Source: Monocercomonoides exilis PA203 (lineage: Eukaryota > Protista > Preaxostyla). From it: a DNA stretch of 64,000 nt. Of the stretch, positions 63,911-64,000 are shown piece after piece. Position 1 is the stretch's first letter. Each line of letters opens with the position of its first letter. A program made the translations under genes and the position numbers. The DNA lies in contig LSRY02000003.1 in assembly GCA_001643675.2 (NCBI GenBank), positions 2,480,001 to 2,544,000 of the forward strand, in the 5' to 3' direction. The notes below the pieces were generated by a model. The model did not search any database. It was given only the letters and a program-made list of their open reading frames with translations, and had not been told where the DNA came from.

Positions 63911-64000
63911 TTTCCTCCCAGCACCTCCCTCAGCACCCCAACCACACTTCCGCCCTCTCCCCCCTCAAACAACCACACCCCCCCACACTCTCCAAATCCA

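Larger units (their letters stand above)
59125..64000 (-). mobile_element. Putative tyrosine-recombinase (Crypton-like) DNA element; far end not seen in the window
   Basis: AT-rich block with a lone YR gene and no RT/RNase H within the window. It starts at the telomeric tract and has GC-rich hairpins upstream of the gene. Confidence 0.6.

Noticed and set aside
1-64000. tRNA, rRNA or CRISPR arrays
   Set aside because: None recognised by eye; no regularly spaced repeat-spacer pattern.

Overview
AT-rich eukaryotic DNA with short GT-AG introns (GTTTG/GTAAG donors), the standard genetic code and long S/E-rich low-complexity runs. The style suggests an anaerobic flagellate such as the oxymonad Monocercomonoides (inference only). 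The left half (1-32.4 kb) is an array of seven partial copies of a GGA/FxxN beta-helix surface-protein segment. These copies have conserved ends, mosaic variable cores and mostly no start codon. Four of them lie inside a ~18.4 kb imperfect palindrome centred near 23450, interleaved with decayed repeats and (GAA)n tracts. The middle holds an ET-domain gene, a multi-exon NPHP4-like gene, a GT8 glycosyltransferase, an intact pogo-type DD35D transposon (43-bp TIRs, TA duplication) and a full-length 1963-aa membrane-anchored relative of the cassettes. At the right, a GC-rich broken gene stops at a short (TTAGGG)2TTAG tract. Directly after it begins an AT-rich element encoding a spliced tyrosine recombinase fused to a C-terminal Myb domain, with two long GC-rich hairpins upstream. 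Two candidate new systems: (1) a telomere-repeat-targeting YR-Myb mobile element; (2) a silent-cassette archive for gene-conversion-based surface-protein variation.
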